34,521 nt of DNA. Source: a virus (lineage: Duplodnaviria; Caudoviricetes). The notes below the pieces were generated by a model. That model did no database searches and was not told the DNA's origin. It worked only from the letters and a program-made list of their open reading frames with translations. The DNA is taken from positions 1 to 34,521 of IMG/VR virus record IMGVR_UViG_3300020045_008981; one strand, written 5' to 3'. Below, piece after piece: positions 1 to 7,957 of the stretch (positions are counted from its first letter, which is position 1; each line of letters begins with the position of its first letter). The position numbers and the translations under genes are program-made.

Positions 1-449
1 TGAACATACGAATAAATAGGCTCATCATATTCAATTTTCTGATCATCCTTGATTATTTCACTTAATCCGTTTGCAACAAGCTTTAAATCTTCCTCTAAAA
101 GTGACTTTTTCAATTCCTGTACCAAATATTCATCCGGTTCGCCATGAATGTCATTGTGTTGCAATTGCAGTCTAATTCTTGTGCTTTCATCAATATTCTT
201 CAGTATTATGCACTCTGATTCTTTTAGCCCGGCTTTCATCGCTGCTTTAACTCTATGATGGCCTGATATACATCTATATTTGCCACTCCCTAAATCCTGT
301 AAAAGAATTGTGCTGGTTAAAATACCGTCTTTTTTTATAGAATTAACCAAGCGCTTAAATTCCGCTTCCTTCATTTGCTGAGGGTTAATGTCAGCTTCCT
401 GAATATTGCGAAAGTTTATTACTTTTAATTCTGTCTCTAGCTTTGCCAT
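1..449 (-). CDS. ParB/Srx-like domain protein (3' end runs off window)
   Basis: Not in the ORF track; translated by hand from ATG at 449: MAKLETELKVINFRNIQEADINPQQMKEAEFKRLVNSIKKDG...YRCISGHHRVKAA...QLQHNDIHGEPD. The ISGHHR motif is typical of ParB N-terminal domains. Frame is open to position 1 and overlaps the end of the upstream gene. Confidence 0.85.
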   Translation of the reverse strand, partial: MAKLETELKVINFRNIQEADINPQQMKEAEFKRLVNSIKKDGILTSTILLQDLGSGKYRCISGHHRVKAAMKAGLKESECIILKNIDESTRIRLQLQHNDIHGEPDEYLVQELKKSLLEEDLKLVANGLSEIIKDDQKIEYDEPIYSYV

Positions 450-1210
450 TTTTGAATAAATCTCGCTTTTGCTTCTTTTAATGAAACTATTGAACCAGCC
501 TGAAAAATATATCCCAAATTGTAACCCTCAATTTTATAGCAAGTCTCATCTATTCCGTCACGTTCGTCATGATGTTTACGACATAGCCAGTTAATTTCGA
601 GAGGTTTTGAATAGTCTTTGTGATGCGCTTCCACATAGTCCGAAACTCCGCAAATTTCGCATGGTTGAACCTTTAACCTGCCTGCCCTTAATTCCGTTTT
701 TACCTTTCCGTTTGCAAACCTTTTTAATTTCTCATCTTCAGTTTGCTTATTGGTGCGAATTGGTATTTTTGTAACTAACTCTCCGTGTTTTCTATATCTG
801 GTAATTTGCTGATGAATCGTAAAAACCATTGAATAAATAGTGTTTATCTCCCTACAAAATTTCTTTTCGAGAGCCTCCTTTACCTCTTTTGTTCTAAGAA
901 CATAGAGCAGCAATTCTGTAGCTCCTTTATATTCCGACGGAGTTGTATCTGCCTTCATAAATATATCATATTTCCCGTATGATGGATTTGCGAATCCAAG
1001 CACTCCAAAAAGCAAATCCCCGCAAGATACGCCAATATAATGGTTACAGGCTCCGGGTGTTATGAATCCTCTAATATGCTTTTTTCTAAACTCCATCGCC
1101 TTTGATGGAGGAAATGAATTTAATATTTTGAGCGAACTTGTGGAATTGAACCACTCTTTCTGACTGGATGCCAGACGTGCAACCGTTACACTGTGTTCGC
1201 ATTTTTTCAT
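437..1210 (-). CDS. Putative GNAT-like phage DNA-modification protein with in-frame HNH/Zn-finger insertion
   Basis: Pattern LFGVLGF...IFMKADT...ELLLYVLRTKEVKEALEKKF...YSMVFT...RYR...NLGY resembles the GNAT-like domain of ParB-linked phage antirestriction/modification proteins. Aa ~152-225 contain CEICG...EAHHKDYSKPLEINWLCRKHH. Flanked by ParB and DUF488 genes. Confidence 0.55.
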   Translation of the reverse strand: MKKCEHSVTVARLASSQKEWFNSTSSLKILNSFPPSKAMEFRKKHIRGFITPGACNHYIGVSCGDLLFGVLGFANPSYGKYDIFMKADTTPSEYKGATELLLYVLRTKEVKEALEKKFCREINTIYSMVFTIHQQITRYRKHGELVTKIPIRTNKQTEDEKLKRFANGKVKTELRAGRLKVQPCEICGVSDYVEAHHKDYSKPLEINWLCRKHHDERDGIDETCYKIEGYNLGYIFQAGSIVSLKEAKARFIQKWQS

Positions 1211-1593
1211 TAGAAAAGCGTTGGAACTGTTTCTTTTTTCTTTTCCGCTGAATATTCCTCAATGGCAATATTCAAATTATCCCATAACCATTTTGCAACC
1301 ATTCGCCTGTGACAAAAATCTCCCGGTTTCTCGTAACATAGCAAAATACAATCTTTCCCGTTTGATAGCTTTTTAATTTCATCTAAAATGCCAGAAGGAG
1401 ACAATTTTTTTAGCTGTTCCTTGTAAATTGGCTTGTAAACATCCTCTGGATAATGGATGATTTCCGCAGCAGGGGCCAGAATTTTCATTGATGCGCCCGA
1501 ATAATATCGATTAAAGCGTGCGATTGAGATAGTTGTTAATCCGGCATCTCTGTACTGCTTGATCTTTGCAAAATAACCCGTGTAAATTTTCAT
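1210..1593 (-). CDS. DUF488-family protein
   Basis: MKIYTGYFA start, ISIAR, LAP and LLCYEKPGDFCHRR motif characteristic of phage DUF488 proteins. Confidence 0.8.
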   Translation of the reverse strand: MKIYTGYFAKIKQYRDAGLTTISIARFNRYYSGASMKILAPAAEIIHYPEDVYKPIYKEQLKKLSPSGILDEIKKLSNGKDCILLCYEKPGDFCHRRMVAKWLWDNLNIAIEEYSAEKKKETVPTLF

Positions 1594-1615
1594 AAAGGTA
1601 CGTTTTTTGATAATG

Positions 1616-1647
1616 TGAAATTAGTAATTTATTTTGATACTTCCAAA
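1616..1647 (-). promoter_or_regulatory. Putative Bacteroidota-type promoter for the DUF488/GNAT/ParB genes
   Basis: Minus strand TTTG (1644-1647), N20, TAATTTCA (1616-1623). Imperfect match to TTTG-N19-21-TAnnTTTG. Confidence 0.4.
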
Positions 1648-1667
1648 TTTATATTTCTTTTTACCCC

Positions 1668-1697
1668 AAAACCCCGCATCTTTGGGAGAGTGCGGGG
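1668..1697 (-). terminator. Intrinsic terminator
   Basis: Minus strand CCCCGCA-N12-TGCGGGG followed by TTTT, downstream of ORF 1735-1893. Confidence 0.6.
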
Positions 1698-1734
1698 CGG
1701 TTACCTGCGTTAGACTTGCAGGAACTAAGCAGGG

Positions 1735-1893
1735 TTATTGGCAACAATAGATTTTATTGTTTGAAATCCTGGCACGTCCGTATTTTGTTTTATAGTATTG
1801 ATAGGACTTTTTCGCTTCATCGCTGGTTTTGAAAGTAGCCATCAAGATAAAATCTTCACCGTTAAATTTTTTGTACTTAATTGTTGTTTTCAT
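1735..1893 (-). CDS. Small basic hypothetical protein (52 aa)
   Basis: Hand-translated MKTTIKYKKFNGEDFILMATFKTSDEAKKSYQYYKTKYGRARISNNKIYCCQ; own promoter upstream and terminator downstream. Confidence 0.65.
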   Translation of the reverse strand: MKTTIKYKKFNGEDFILMATFKTSDEAKKSYQYYKTKYGRARISNNKIYCCQ

Positions 1894-1941
1894 GATGTTT
1901 TGCAAGTTTTAGAGATTCAGCTACTTTGCTGTTTCATGATT

Positions 1942-1973
1942 TAAATATACTACATTTATCAAGGATTTGCAAA
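1942..1973 (-). promoter_or_regulatory. Bacteroidota-type promoter
   Basis: TTTG (1970-1973), N20, TATATTTA (1942-1949). Same layout as the promoter at 15289-15320. Confidence 0.6.
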
Positions 1974-2004
1974 TATTTTAACACTTATTTTCACCCTAAA
2001 AACA

Positions 2005-2016
2005 TGTTATACAACA
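2005..2016. promoter_or_regulatory. Palindromic operator-like motif TGTTATACAACA
   Basis: One of six near-identical 12-mers found upstream of promoters or gene starts. Confidence 0.6.
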
Positions 2017-2021
2017 CGTTT

Positions 2022-2138
2022 TCACCCTTGCGCCTTCTCGAAAAGATCATACAGACATCTCATCAAAGCATAGACGCACAGAGAGAAAACAGCTGCACAG
2101 ACCAGGCAATTACAGATTTTGAAAATATCAATTTTCAT
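2022..2138 (-). CDS. Small Cys-rich hydrophobic protein (38 aa)
   Basis: Hand-translated MKIDIFKICNCLVCAAVFSLCVYALMRCLYDLFEKAQG; tiles with neighbours. Confidence 0.45.
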   Translation of the reverse strand: MKIDIFKICNCLVCAAVFSLCVYALMRCLYDLFEKAQG

Positions 2139-2289
2139 GGCTTTTGATTTCAGTTCTACAAAATCTCGTCTTAGATGTTTGTACCCCTTTTTTATTCCAC
2201 GTTGTCAGTTCAAATTTTTCAGAAAAAAGAACATCTATTAAAGCAAATAGTCTAAATTGAAGTATTGTTATAAATGATTTAGTTTTCAT
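2128..2289 (-). CDS. Small hypothetical protein (53 aa)
   Basis: Hand-translated MKTKSFITILQFRLFALIDVLFSEKFELTTWNKKG...; ATGA overlap with the upstream ORF. Confidence 0.5.
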   Translation of the reverse strand: MKTKSFITILQFRLFALIDVLFSEKFELTTWNKKGVQTSKTRFCRTEIKSHEN

Positions 2290-2450
2290 GGTTTACAGTC
2301 ATTGTCCGCTAGTCTAATTCCTTGCAGTGCTTCATAATCTTCTTTTTCAAGTAGTTTCGGAACCAGTGCTTTGATTTTATCCCGGTTACCGTTTTGCAAA
2401 TCGCACCTCACTAGTATTCTGATTTTGTCTATGTAGCCGACGCCTTTCAT
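2286..2450 (-). CDS. Small hypothetical protein (54 aa)
   Basis: Hand-translated MKGVGYIDKIRILVRCDLQNGNRDKIKALVPKLLEKEDYEALQGIRLADNDCKP; fills the gap exactly. Confidence 0.55.
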   Translation of the reverse strand: MKGVGYIDKIRILVRCDLQNGNRDKIKALVPKLLEKEDYEALQGIRLADNDCKP

Positions 2451-2460
2451 CTCGATGTTA

Positions 2461-2970
2461 TTAATTCATTTCAATGATTTTCTTTTCAACAAGCCAACGA
2501 TCCCAAAAATCATCCCAGCTCGCTTTTCTGTCTTTAATGTGACATATTTTGTTCCGTGTAATATTTATTTTATTGTTAACCTGCTCTATTGGGGTATATC
2601 CTGCACTCAAATTTGTGTATGTAATATTCTTGAGCCATGTTGTTTGGGTTGTGTCTACGTGCAAATAAGCCCCGGAAAATAAATATCCATCGTCATTTTT
2701 ATACTTATTGCATTTCGCTTCTTTCCAAACAGTATCAACAGGCGTGAGTAGATAATGAGATATTTCGCCGTTAACAATTACAGGTTTATACTTTACGTTT
2801 ACTACCCCGGCCTGTTTTATGGTGTCGGGGACTAACTGGTTACAATCGTAAAGATACTCTTTCCATAGCTTAAAAACATTTGGAATTGTGTATTCTGTCA
2901 CAAAACCACTGTCATTTTGCCCCATCACCAAAAGAGGAGCCAAAAATAAAATCAAAAAAAGTGTTTTCAT
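2461..2970 (-). CDS. Exported hypothetical protein (signal peptide, Gln at +1)
   Basis: MKTLFLILFLAPLLVMG|Q N-terminus; DTI, DTV and DTT sequons. Confidence 0.7.
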   Translation of the reverse strand: MKTLFLILFLAPLLVMGQNDSGFVTEYTIPNVFKLWKEYLYDCNQLVPDTIKQAGVVNVKYKPVIVNGEISHYLLTPVDTVWKEAKCNKYKNDDGYLFSGAYLHVDTTQTTWLKNITYTNLSAGYTPIEQVNNKINITRNKICHIKDRKASWDDFWDRWLVEKKIIEMN

Positions 2971-2983
2971 AATCTAACGTTTT

Positions 2984-3157
2984 TTAGTTTTCAATTATTT
3001 CGTCTTTAAATTCCTTAATAATTTTCCATTCCCCGGATAGCTTCATTCTTTTAGCAGACCCGGCCGATACTGCTCTCTTTTCTTTTCCTTGCTCAATCAG
3101 GTAGATTGTTCCGGGCTGAAGTGGTTTATCGGTTGAAAATGGTTCCGGTTGTTTCAT
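2984..3157 (-). CDS. Small hypothetical protein (57 aa)
   Basis: Hand-translated MKQPEPFSTDKPLQPGTIYLIEQGKEKRAVSAG...; ATGA overlap with the upstream ORF. Confidence 0.5.
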   Translation of the reverse strand: MKQPEPFSTDKPLQPGTIYLIEQGKEKRAVSAGSAKRMKLSGEWKIIKEFKDEIIEN

Positions 3158-3309
3158 CGTTCAATTTCTTCGTCGGGGTACTCAGTTAAGTCAATTTCGC
3201 TGTTGTAGTCCGCTTCATGCACTGTTATATTTAAGCTAATAATCAGTGCAAAAAATACTACAACAATAGCGACAAAAACAACGATTGCAAAATAAAATAG
3301 TAAGTCCAT
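3154..3309 (-). CDS. Small single-pass membrane protein (51 aa)
   Basis: Hand-translated MDLLFYFAIVVFVAIVVVFFALIISLNITV followed by an acidic tail. Confidence 0.55.
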   Translation of the reverse strand: MDLLFYFAIVVFVAIVVVFFALIISLNITVHEADYNSEIDLTEYPDEEIER

Positions 3310-3311
3310 AG

Positions 3312-3545
3312 CTACATTTTTTTAAGTTCGGTTAATACTTCTTCCCAGAATTCAAGTGTTTGTTCTGGCCTACAATTAACAAAATCTTCATCAAACCAAA
3401 CAATATTAAGTTTTAATATTTCTTCAACTGCAATAATGGCGCAGTTGACTGCTAGTTTGCCTCTGTCCTGCTCGTTCTTAATGCTTGATTCCAATAAAGC
3501 CCAATAATGATAGCTTAGTTTTTCCGCCTTCTCTTTCGGTGTCAT
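3312..3545 (-). CDS. Phage hypothetical protein (MTPKEKA type)
   Basis: Likely start MTPKEKA at 3545; CAIIAVEEIL...FWEEV pattern recurrent in Bacteroidota phages. TAACTTTG promoter-like box at 3560-3567. Confidence 0.65.
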   Translation of the reverse strand: MTPKEKAEKLSYHYWALLESSIKNEQDRGKLAVNCAIIAVEEILKLNIVWFDEDFVNCRPEQTLEFWEEVLTELKKM

Positions 3546-3575
3546 TTCATTAGTTTTTACAAAGTTATACAAAAA

Positions 3576-3965
3576 TTATCTCATTTCACCCTCAATTCGC
3601 TGATATAATTTTCTCAAAACAATAATATTTTCGACTTGATCAGAATAATAGCATACAGTTGAATGATCCCGGTTAATTATCTTTCCTATTTTGGCGTAAC
3701 TGAGTACCGGAAAAACGACTTTGGCTAATTTTGCGAAAACTATCCGGTATTCTACTAATTCCCTGTGTTTTGATTTTGAACGCAAAAGTGTAGGATTAAT
3801 CTCGTATTTATTACAAAAACAATTAAAAAGATCGTCGATTGTTTCGTAAGATGTTTTTAACTGTCTAGCGGCCTCTGGTAGCTTTTCGATGATACCGTAC
3901 ACGTTAGCGTAACTTACCCCGGCTAAGGTAGCCGCTAATAGGATTTGTTTTTCTGAGTAGTTCAT
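3576..3965 (-). CDS. DnaA C-terminal-like helix-turn-helix protein
   Basis: LRSKSKHRELVEYR...SYAKIGKIINRDHSTVCY matches the DnaA domain IV signature (IG...RDHSTV). Confidence 0.8.
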   Translation of the reverse strand: MNYSEKQILLAATLAGVSYANVYGIIEKLPEAARQLKTSYETIDDLFNCFCNKYEINPTLLRSKSKHRELVEYRIVFAKLAKVVFPVLSYAKIGKIINRDHSTVCYYSDQVENIIVLRKLYQRIEGEMR

Positions 3966-4330
3966 TTTTCGTGGATGTTTCCGATTACTTCAATAAAACA
4001 TATTTGCAGTTCACCAATTAACCCGTATTGTTTTCCATTCCAAAAAGCCATAAAACAACCGTGCTCAAATCGTACCTCGAAAATCTCTTTTTCAGCCCCA
4101 ATTTTGAACATATCCCCTTCGTAAACCTCTTTTCCGTTTTTGTCGGTAAGTCCTGTAAATTGGCCGACAGTTTCGGGAGTAACTTCGTGTCCTGTTACGT
4201 TCCATTCTGCACAGTCAACGTGATATAACGGATTAGTTAAAATCATTAAGCCATAACAAGAATCGACTAAATACCCTTCCACCCATTCACTGTTATCAAC
4301 TCTTTTCGCTTTGAATTTAATTTTTCTCAT
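3962..4330 (-). CDS. YopX-family protein
   Basis: MRKIKFKAK...WVEG...ETVGQFTGLTDKNGKEVYEGD...EVIGNIHE. Confidence 0.9.
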   Translation of the reverse strand: MRKIKFKAKRVDNSEWVEGYLVDSCYGLMILTNPLYHVDCAEWNVTGHEVTPETVGQFTGLTDKNGKEVYEGDMFKIGAEKEIFEVRFEHGCFMAFWNGKQYGLIGELQICFIEVIGNIHEK

Positions 4331-4689
4331 CGTTTTTTATTTTTAATGTAAATTACTCCATCTCCAAATAGCACAGTCGAATTTTCTAAAAGTATCGTCA
4401 CCGTGTCTGTTTCGCTGATTAGTTGTACCTCGTGTTCGTCGATTATGATAGCGGTGTATTCTTTGATCGTTTCGACTGGTTGGTGTGGGTGATAACAATC
4501 TGTCGCATGGCCAGCCGTGCCGCTTAATGTGTCGCTGTCTGGTAGGCAATAGGGGGCGGTACTTATTATTTTTTTGTCCTTTTCTGGTGGAAATTGTTCA
4601 AATATATATTCCCAGATTATAATGCCTACTGAAACAGAAAAAACAAAACAATATATAATAATAAGTATTTTTAGTAATTTCTTTATCAT
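4327..4689 (-). CDS. Membrane-anchored hypothetical protein
   Basis: N-terminal hydrophobic helix; DTL and DTV sequons; tiles with ATGA overlaps. Confidence 0.6.
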   Translation of the reverse strand: MIKKLLKILIIIYCFVFSVSVGIIIWEYIFEQFPPEKDKKIISTAPYCLPDSDTLSGTAGHATDCYHPHQPVETIKEYTAIIIDEHEVQLISETDTVTILLENSTVLFGDGVIYIKNKKR

Positions 4690-4823
4690 TTCTTCCTCTT
4701 TTTTGGTTTCTTAAAAATTATCGTTTTTGGATCAAGCTGTACCCGCTCTAATTTGCTCAAATCCGGGGACTTGATTTTTACCTTTTTCTGGTGTTGTAAG
4801 TCGAATTTTTCAGGCTTCTTCAT
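4686..4823 (-). CDS. Small basic hypothetical protein (45 aa)
   Basis: Hand-translated MKKPEKFDLQHQKKVKIKSPDLSKLERVQLDPKTIIFKKPKKRKK; ATGA overlaps on both sides. Confidence 0.55.
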   Translation of the reverse strand: MKKPEKFDLQHQKKVKIKSPDLSKLERVQLDPKTIIFKKPKKRKK

Positions 4824-4945
4824 GGCTGCTTTGCTTTATAACAATCTTCGTCTTCATATTCATCTTCATCTTCATCCATTCCCCAGCTGTTAAATAAATC
4901 CATATCGGTTTCATCGGATAAGTAAAGTCTTTTTAATTTTTTCAT
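4820..4945 (-). CDS. Small acidic protein (41 aa)
   Basis: Hand-translated MKKLKRLYLSDETDMDLFNSWGMDEDEDEYEDEDCYKAKQP; ATGA overlaps on both sides. Confidence 0.5.
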   Translation of the reverse strand: MKKLKRLYLSDETDMDLFNSWGMDEDEDEYEDEDCYKAKQP

Positions 4946-5289
4946 GGTTGCTTTGTTTTTGGTGGGGTTGGAAGTGGCTGCCAGTGAGTAATATTACAAT
5001 ACTGATTGCCAACATACACTTCATTCCATGTTATAATATCACTTTCCGAATTAGTTCTAATAATGTAACCTTGAGTAATATAACCTAAATCAGTACAAAT
5101 AAGTACGGCCAGGAAGATTTCAGGCAATCTCTCATTAACATCTATCCAATTATCCTGCATCTGTTCTCTGCACCACTTGGCGCCTCCCTCCCAAATATCT
5201 CTAACTGTTGATAGTTCATTAATTATGTGTGGTAAATGAGAGTGTCGCAGTCTGCACTCTTGCCTGATTTGCTCGTCTGTCGGTTTCAT
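4942..5289 (-). CDS. DUF551-domain protein
   Basis: WIDVNERLPE...VLI...ITHWQPLPTPP. Confidence 0.85.
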   Translation of the reverse strand: MKPTDEQIRQECRLRHSHLPHIINELSTVRDIWEGGAKWCREQMQDNWIDVNERLPEIFLAVLICTDLGYITQGYIIRTNSESDIITWNEVYVGNQYCNITHWQPLPTPPKTKQP

Positions 5290-5513
5290 AATTTCTGTTG
5301 GTTTTCTTTTATTTCTTTCAAAAGTTCGTAAATTTCCCGCAAGTTCGCAACCTCGTTTTCCTCAAAGTTAACATATTCGCCTCCGTATTTCAAGAAACGA
5401 TACGTCCTTTTGAGGACAAAAAAGTTGTGCGCAATGAAAATCAGCGCAAAAATAAAGGGCAATACGATGATCCTGGTAACAAAATGCCTTTTGTTAAATT
5501 TTGTGTTTTTCAT
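5286..5513 (-). CDS. Hypothetical membrane protein
   Basis: Hydrophobic IIVLPFIFALIFIA segment; FLKYGGE. Confidence 0.6.
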   Translation of the reverse strand: MKNTKFNKRHFVTRIIVLPFIFALIFIAHNFFVLKRTYRFLKYGGEYVNFEENEVANLREIYELLKEIKENQQKL

Positions 5514-5613
5514 CTCTTAATCGTTACGTTGTTCGTTTTTAATTGCAGCTATCTCCATCTCGTTTTTTTCTTAAAATTAGTTTTAATTATATTACTGACC
5601 TAATATTTTTGTA

Positions 5614-5625
5614 TGTTGTGCAACA
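5614..5625. promoter_or_regulatory. Palindromic operator-like motif TGTTGTGCAACA
   Basis: Intergenic copy of the repeated 12-mer. Confidence 0.6.
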
Positions 5626-5631
5626 TGATTT

Positions 5632-6234
5632 TCAATTTTTTCGATGAACTGTTTTTTCTGGATGATAATATTTAGCATGACAATTGACACAAAGAGAAAC
5701 AAGTTCAAAGGTGTATTCCTCTCCTCTGTGTTGATAGGTTAAATGATGCACTTCTTCGGCTGGCTCAAAACAAATTTGGCATTCGTAATTATCTCTTATC
5801 AAAATACGTTCTCTTAATTTTTTCCAATGATCTGATTTTAAATATTCGTTGTATTCGCTAATATTTGATATTTTTTGTTCGCCGTACTGTATTATTCTTA
5901 TTTGCTTCAATTCTTCCAAGATATCAGAAAAAACTAATTTATCTCTTTCTTTTTTATCTTCTAATTTTGTCCGGTATTCTGATAATTTCCAATTATATAA
6001 GGTGATACCGGAATAATTTTCTTCCTTTTCTGACTGAGAAGTAATTTCAAAACATAAAGTACAATATTTTCTTATCTGAGTTGATCCGCTCTCTGTAATA
6101 AACCTAACAGGTTTAAAATTATGACTGCATTCAATAGGTAGTATTTCAAATTGGCCGCATTCATAGCAATATCGAATTTTTAATAATCCATTTACTTTTT
6201 CGCTCAGTTTATTATCACAATTTTCGTGCTTCAT
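5632..6234 (-). CDS. HNH endonuclease with N-terminal Cys-rich region
   Basis: Likely start MKHENC at 6234, just after the primase stop. YLKSDHWKKLRERILIRDNYECQIC...EVHHLTY...LVSLCVNCH. Confidence 0.8.
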   Translation of the reverse strand: MKHENCDNKLSEKVNGLLKIRYCYECGQFEILPIECSHNFKPVRFITESGSTQIRKYCTLCFEITSQSEKEENYSGITLYNWKLSEYRTKLEDKKERDKLVFSDILEELKQIRIIQYGEQKISNISEYNEYLKSDHWKKLRERILIRDNYECQICFEPAEEVHHLTYQHRGEEYTFELVSLCVNCHAKYYHPEKTVHRKN

Positions 6235-6235
6235 G

Positions 6236-7957
6236 CTAAAATGGGATATCTTCAATGTTCGGTTCGTAATAAGTTGGGATAGGCTCTTTTTTGTATTTTT
6301 GCCTGTTGATTTCCGGTAACCCGTCCGGATTAATGTACATATCAAAAGATTCAAAACCAATTCCCCTACTCATATCGCAGGTTATTTCACTTATATCGTT
6401 TTCACGTTTGTTTACTGAAATTATAATTTCGGCTTTTTTCATTATTGAGCTTCCAAGGTGGCCGGTTGCAAATTCATTATTTTTGTTTTGATGAATTATT
6501 GTTGAAATATGACAATTGTGCACCTTCGTTAATCGAAGTAATAACGTTACTACCCTTGTTGCTTCGTCTTCGTCATTTATTCCGTTTGCAAGGTCAGCGA
6601 TTCCATCTATTACACAAAAACCCGTTTTTTCTCCGTACAATTTGAATGCGTATTCTATAATCTGACATCTGTCGTTCGGTGAAAATGGCCTCAAATTATA
6701 CCCTCTTAATCGGTCTCTTGTCCCGGCCATATGTTCAATCCTTTTTATCACATTGTAAGAATCATATTCACCCTGTTCTGTGTCGAAATATAGTATTTCA
6801 TCTTTTCCCTGCTTCATTTCTCCTATAAATTTTCCATTTGAGCTATTGCATAATAGTGCAGAAGATACCAATGATAAGAAAAATGTTTTTTTGCTCTTCG
6901 CTTTTCCGATAATACAAGAAAAATTTCCAAGTGTAAAGACCCTTTTTTGTATTGTTTGCGTCGCTTGTTGATCCATAAAACTTAAAATTGTTGGCGGCCT
7001 GTCAATCTTCCGGTTAGTATCAATTTTAGCCCCAATCAATATTTTTTCAAGTTCGGTTAAGTTTATTTTACCTGTCTCAATCCGTTCCTGTTTTTCTGGT
7101 GCAATACTTTTAGCGGCTTCCTTAAAATCTCCGTTAAACCTCACAAGTGCCAACACCTGGAACGGACTATATGCTTTGTTAGGCTCAAAAGGTGAAGAGT
7201 TAGCCGTAAAAACATAAAATACATTAGGTGCAACTTTCCCCAATGTTGCACTTATACCCTCCTTTTTCCCCGGTCTTCGCCATCTGTAATTACCCAAATC
7301 TTGCCAGCCTATTGATTGTAAAATGCTTTTCATGTCACTGATTGCGGACATATTGGCGTTGTATAGGTCTCCGGGTCGGTCTGTCTGTTCGTATTCTGTT
7401 TTGTATGATTGAAACACCTCGTTCATTGAAATGGCATTATCTATCAAAATTGATCTTTCAACCTTGCTGAGCAGCGGTATATTAAAAAAGTCGTTTCTAA
7501 TAAATTTATATCCCGGCGTTGGATCAATACAGATATAACTTGATAGTCCCTTTGTTTCTATAAAACAATCTGTCGTTTTGTCTTCTTTTAGTTGTAAAGC
7601 CAGTTTTCGGCTACCTTCCATTTCCAGGCATTTGTACAAAATATGATAGCCCCCCGAAACAGTGCTTTCAACTGGTAATTTATGTTTTTCATAAATTTCT
7701 TTTACTTCTAGAATAGATAAATATTCGGAAAGTTTATTTTTTGCATTGTTCATATGGTTATCAAAATCCATGCACTCAATGAAGCCGGATACTGATCCAA
7801 GTTTTAATCCAATACCATAGCAATTCTCAAACATCTCATCTGGTAACTCTTCTTTCCAGTCCTGACCAAAGGGCACACACGGCGATTTTTTTTCAGTTGT
7901 CGGTAACGTGTAATAACCGTATTCTAAATATTTTTGTTTTGTAGGTAGGTAGTTCAT
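6236..7957 (-). CDS. Primase-polymerase fused to AAA-type helicase
   Basis: N-terminal Prim-Pol motifs (GIGLKLG, CMDFD, STVSGGYHILY, IETKG...PTPGY); WRRPGK middle; Walker A variant GKAKSKKT, YFDTEQ, Walker B VIDGIADL, IIHQNK, GHLGS. Confidence 0.85.
   Translation of the reverse strand: MNYLPTKQKYLEYGYYTLPTTEKKSPCVPFGQDWKEELPDEMFENCYGIGLKLGSVSGFIECMDFDNHMNNAKNKLSEYLSILEVKEIYEKHKLPVESTVSGGYHILYKCLEMEGSRKLALQLKEDKTTDCFIETKGLSSYICIDPTPGYKFIRNDFFNIPLLSKVERSILIDNAISMNEVFQSYKTEYEQTDRPGDLYNANMSAISDMKSILQSIGWQDLGNYRWRRPGKKEGISATLGKVAPNVFYVFTANSSPFEPNKAYSPFQVLALVRFNGDFKEAAKSIAPEKQERIETGKINLTELEKILIGAKIDTNRKIDRPPTILSFMDQQATQTIQKRVFTLGNFSCIIGKAKSKKTFFLSLVSSALLCNSSNGKFIGEMKQGKDEILYFDTEQGEYDSYNVIKRIEHMAGTRDRLRGYNLRPFSPNDRCQIIEYAFKLYGEKTGFCVIDGIADLANGINDEDEATRVVTLLLRLTKVHNCHISTIIHQNKNNEFATGHLGSSIMKKAEIIISVNKRENDISEITCDMSRGIGFESFDMYINPDGLPEINRQKYKKEPIPTYYEPNIEDIPF

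Noticed and set aside
536-757. Intein in the GNAT-like gene
   Set aside because: Insert is too short and lacks intein N-terminal C/S and C-terminal HN-C/S/T motifs.
6880-6910. Inactivated helicase because Walker A reads GKAKSKKT
   Set aside because: The other ATPase motifs are intact and this variant is familiar from Bacteroidota AAA proteins; no frameshift or stop.
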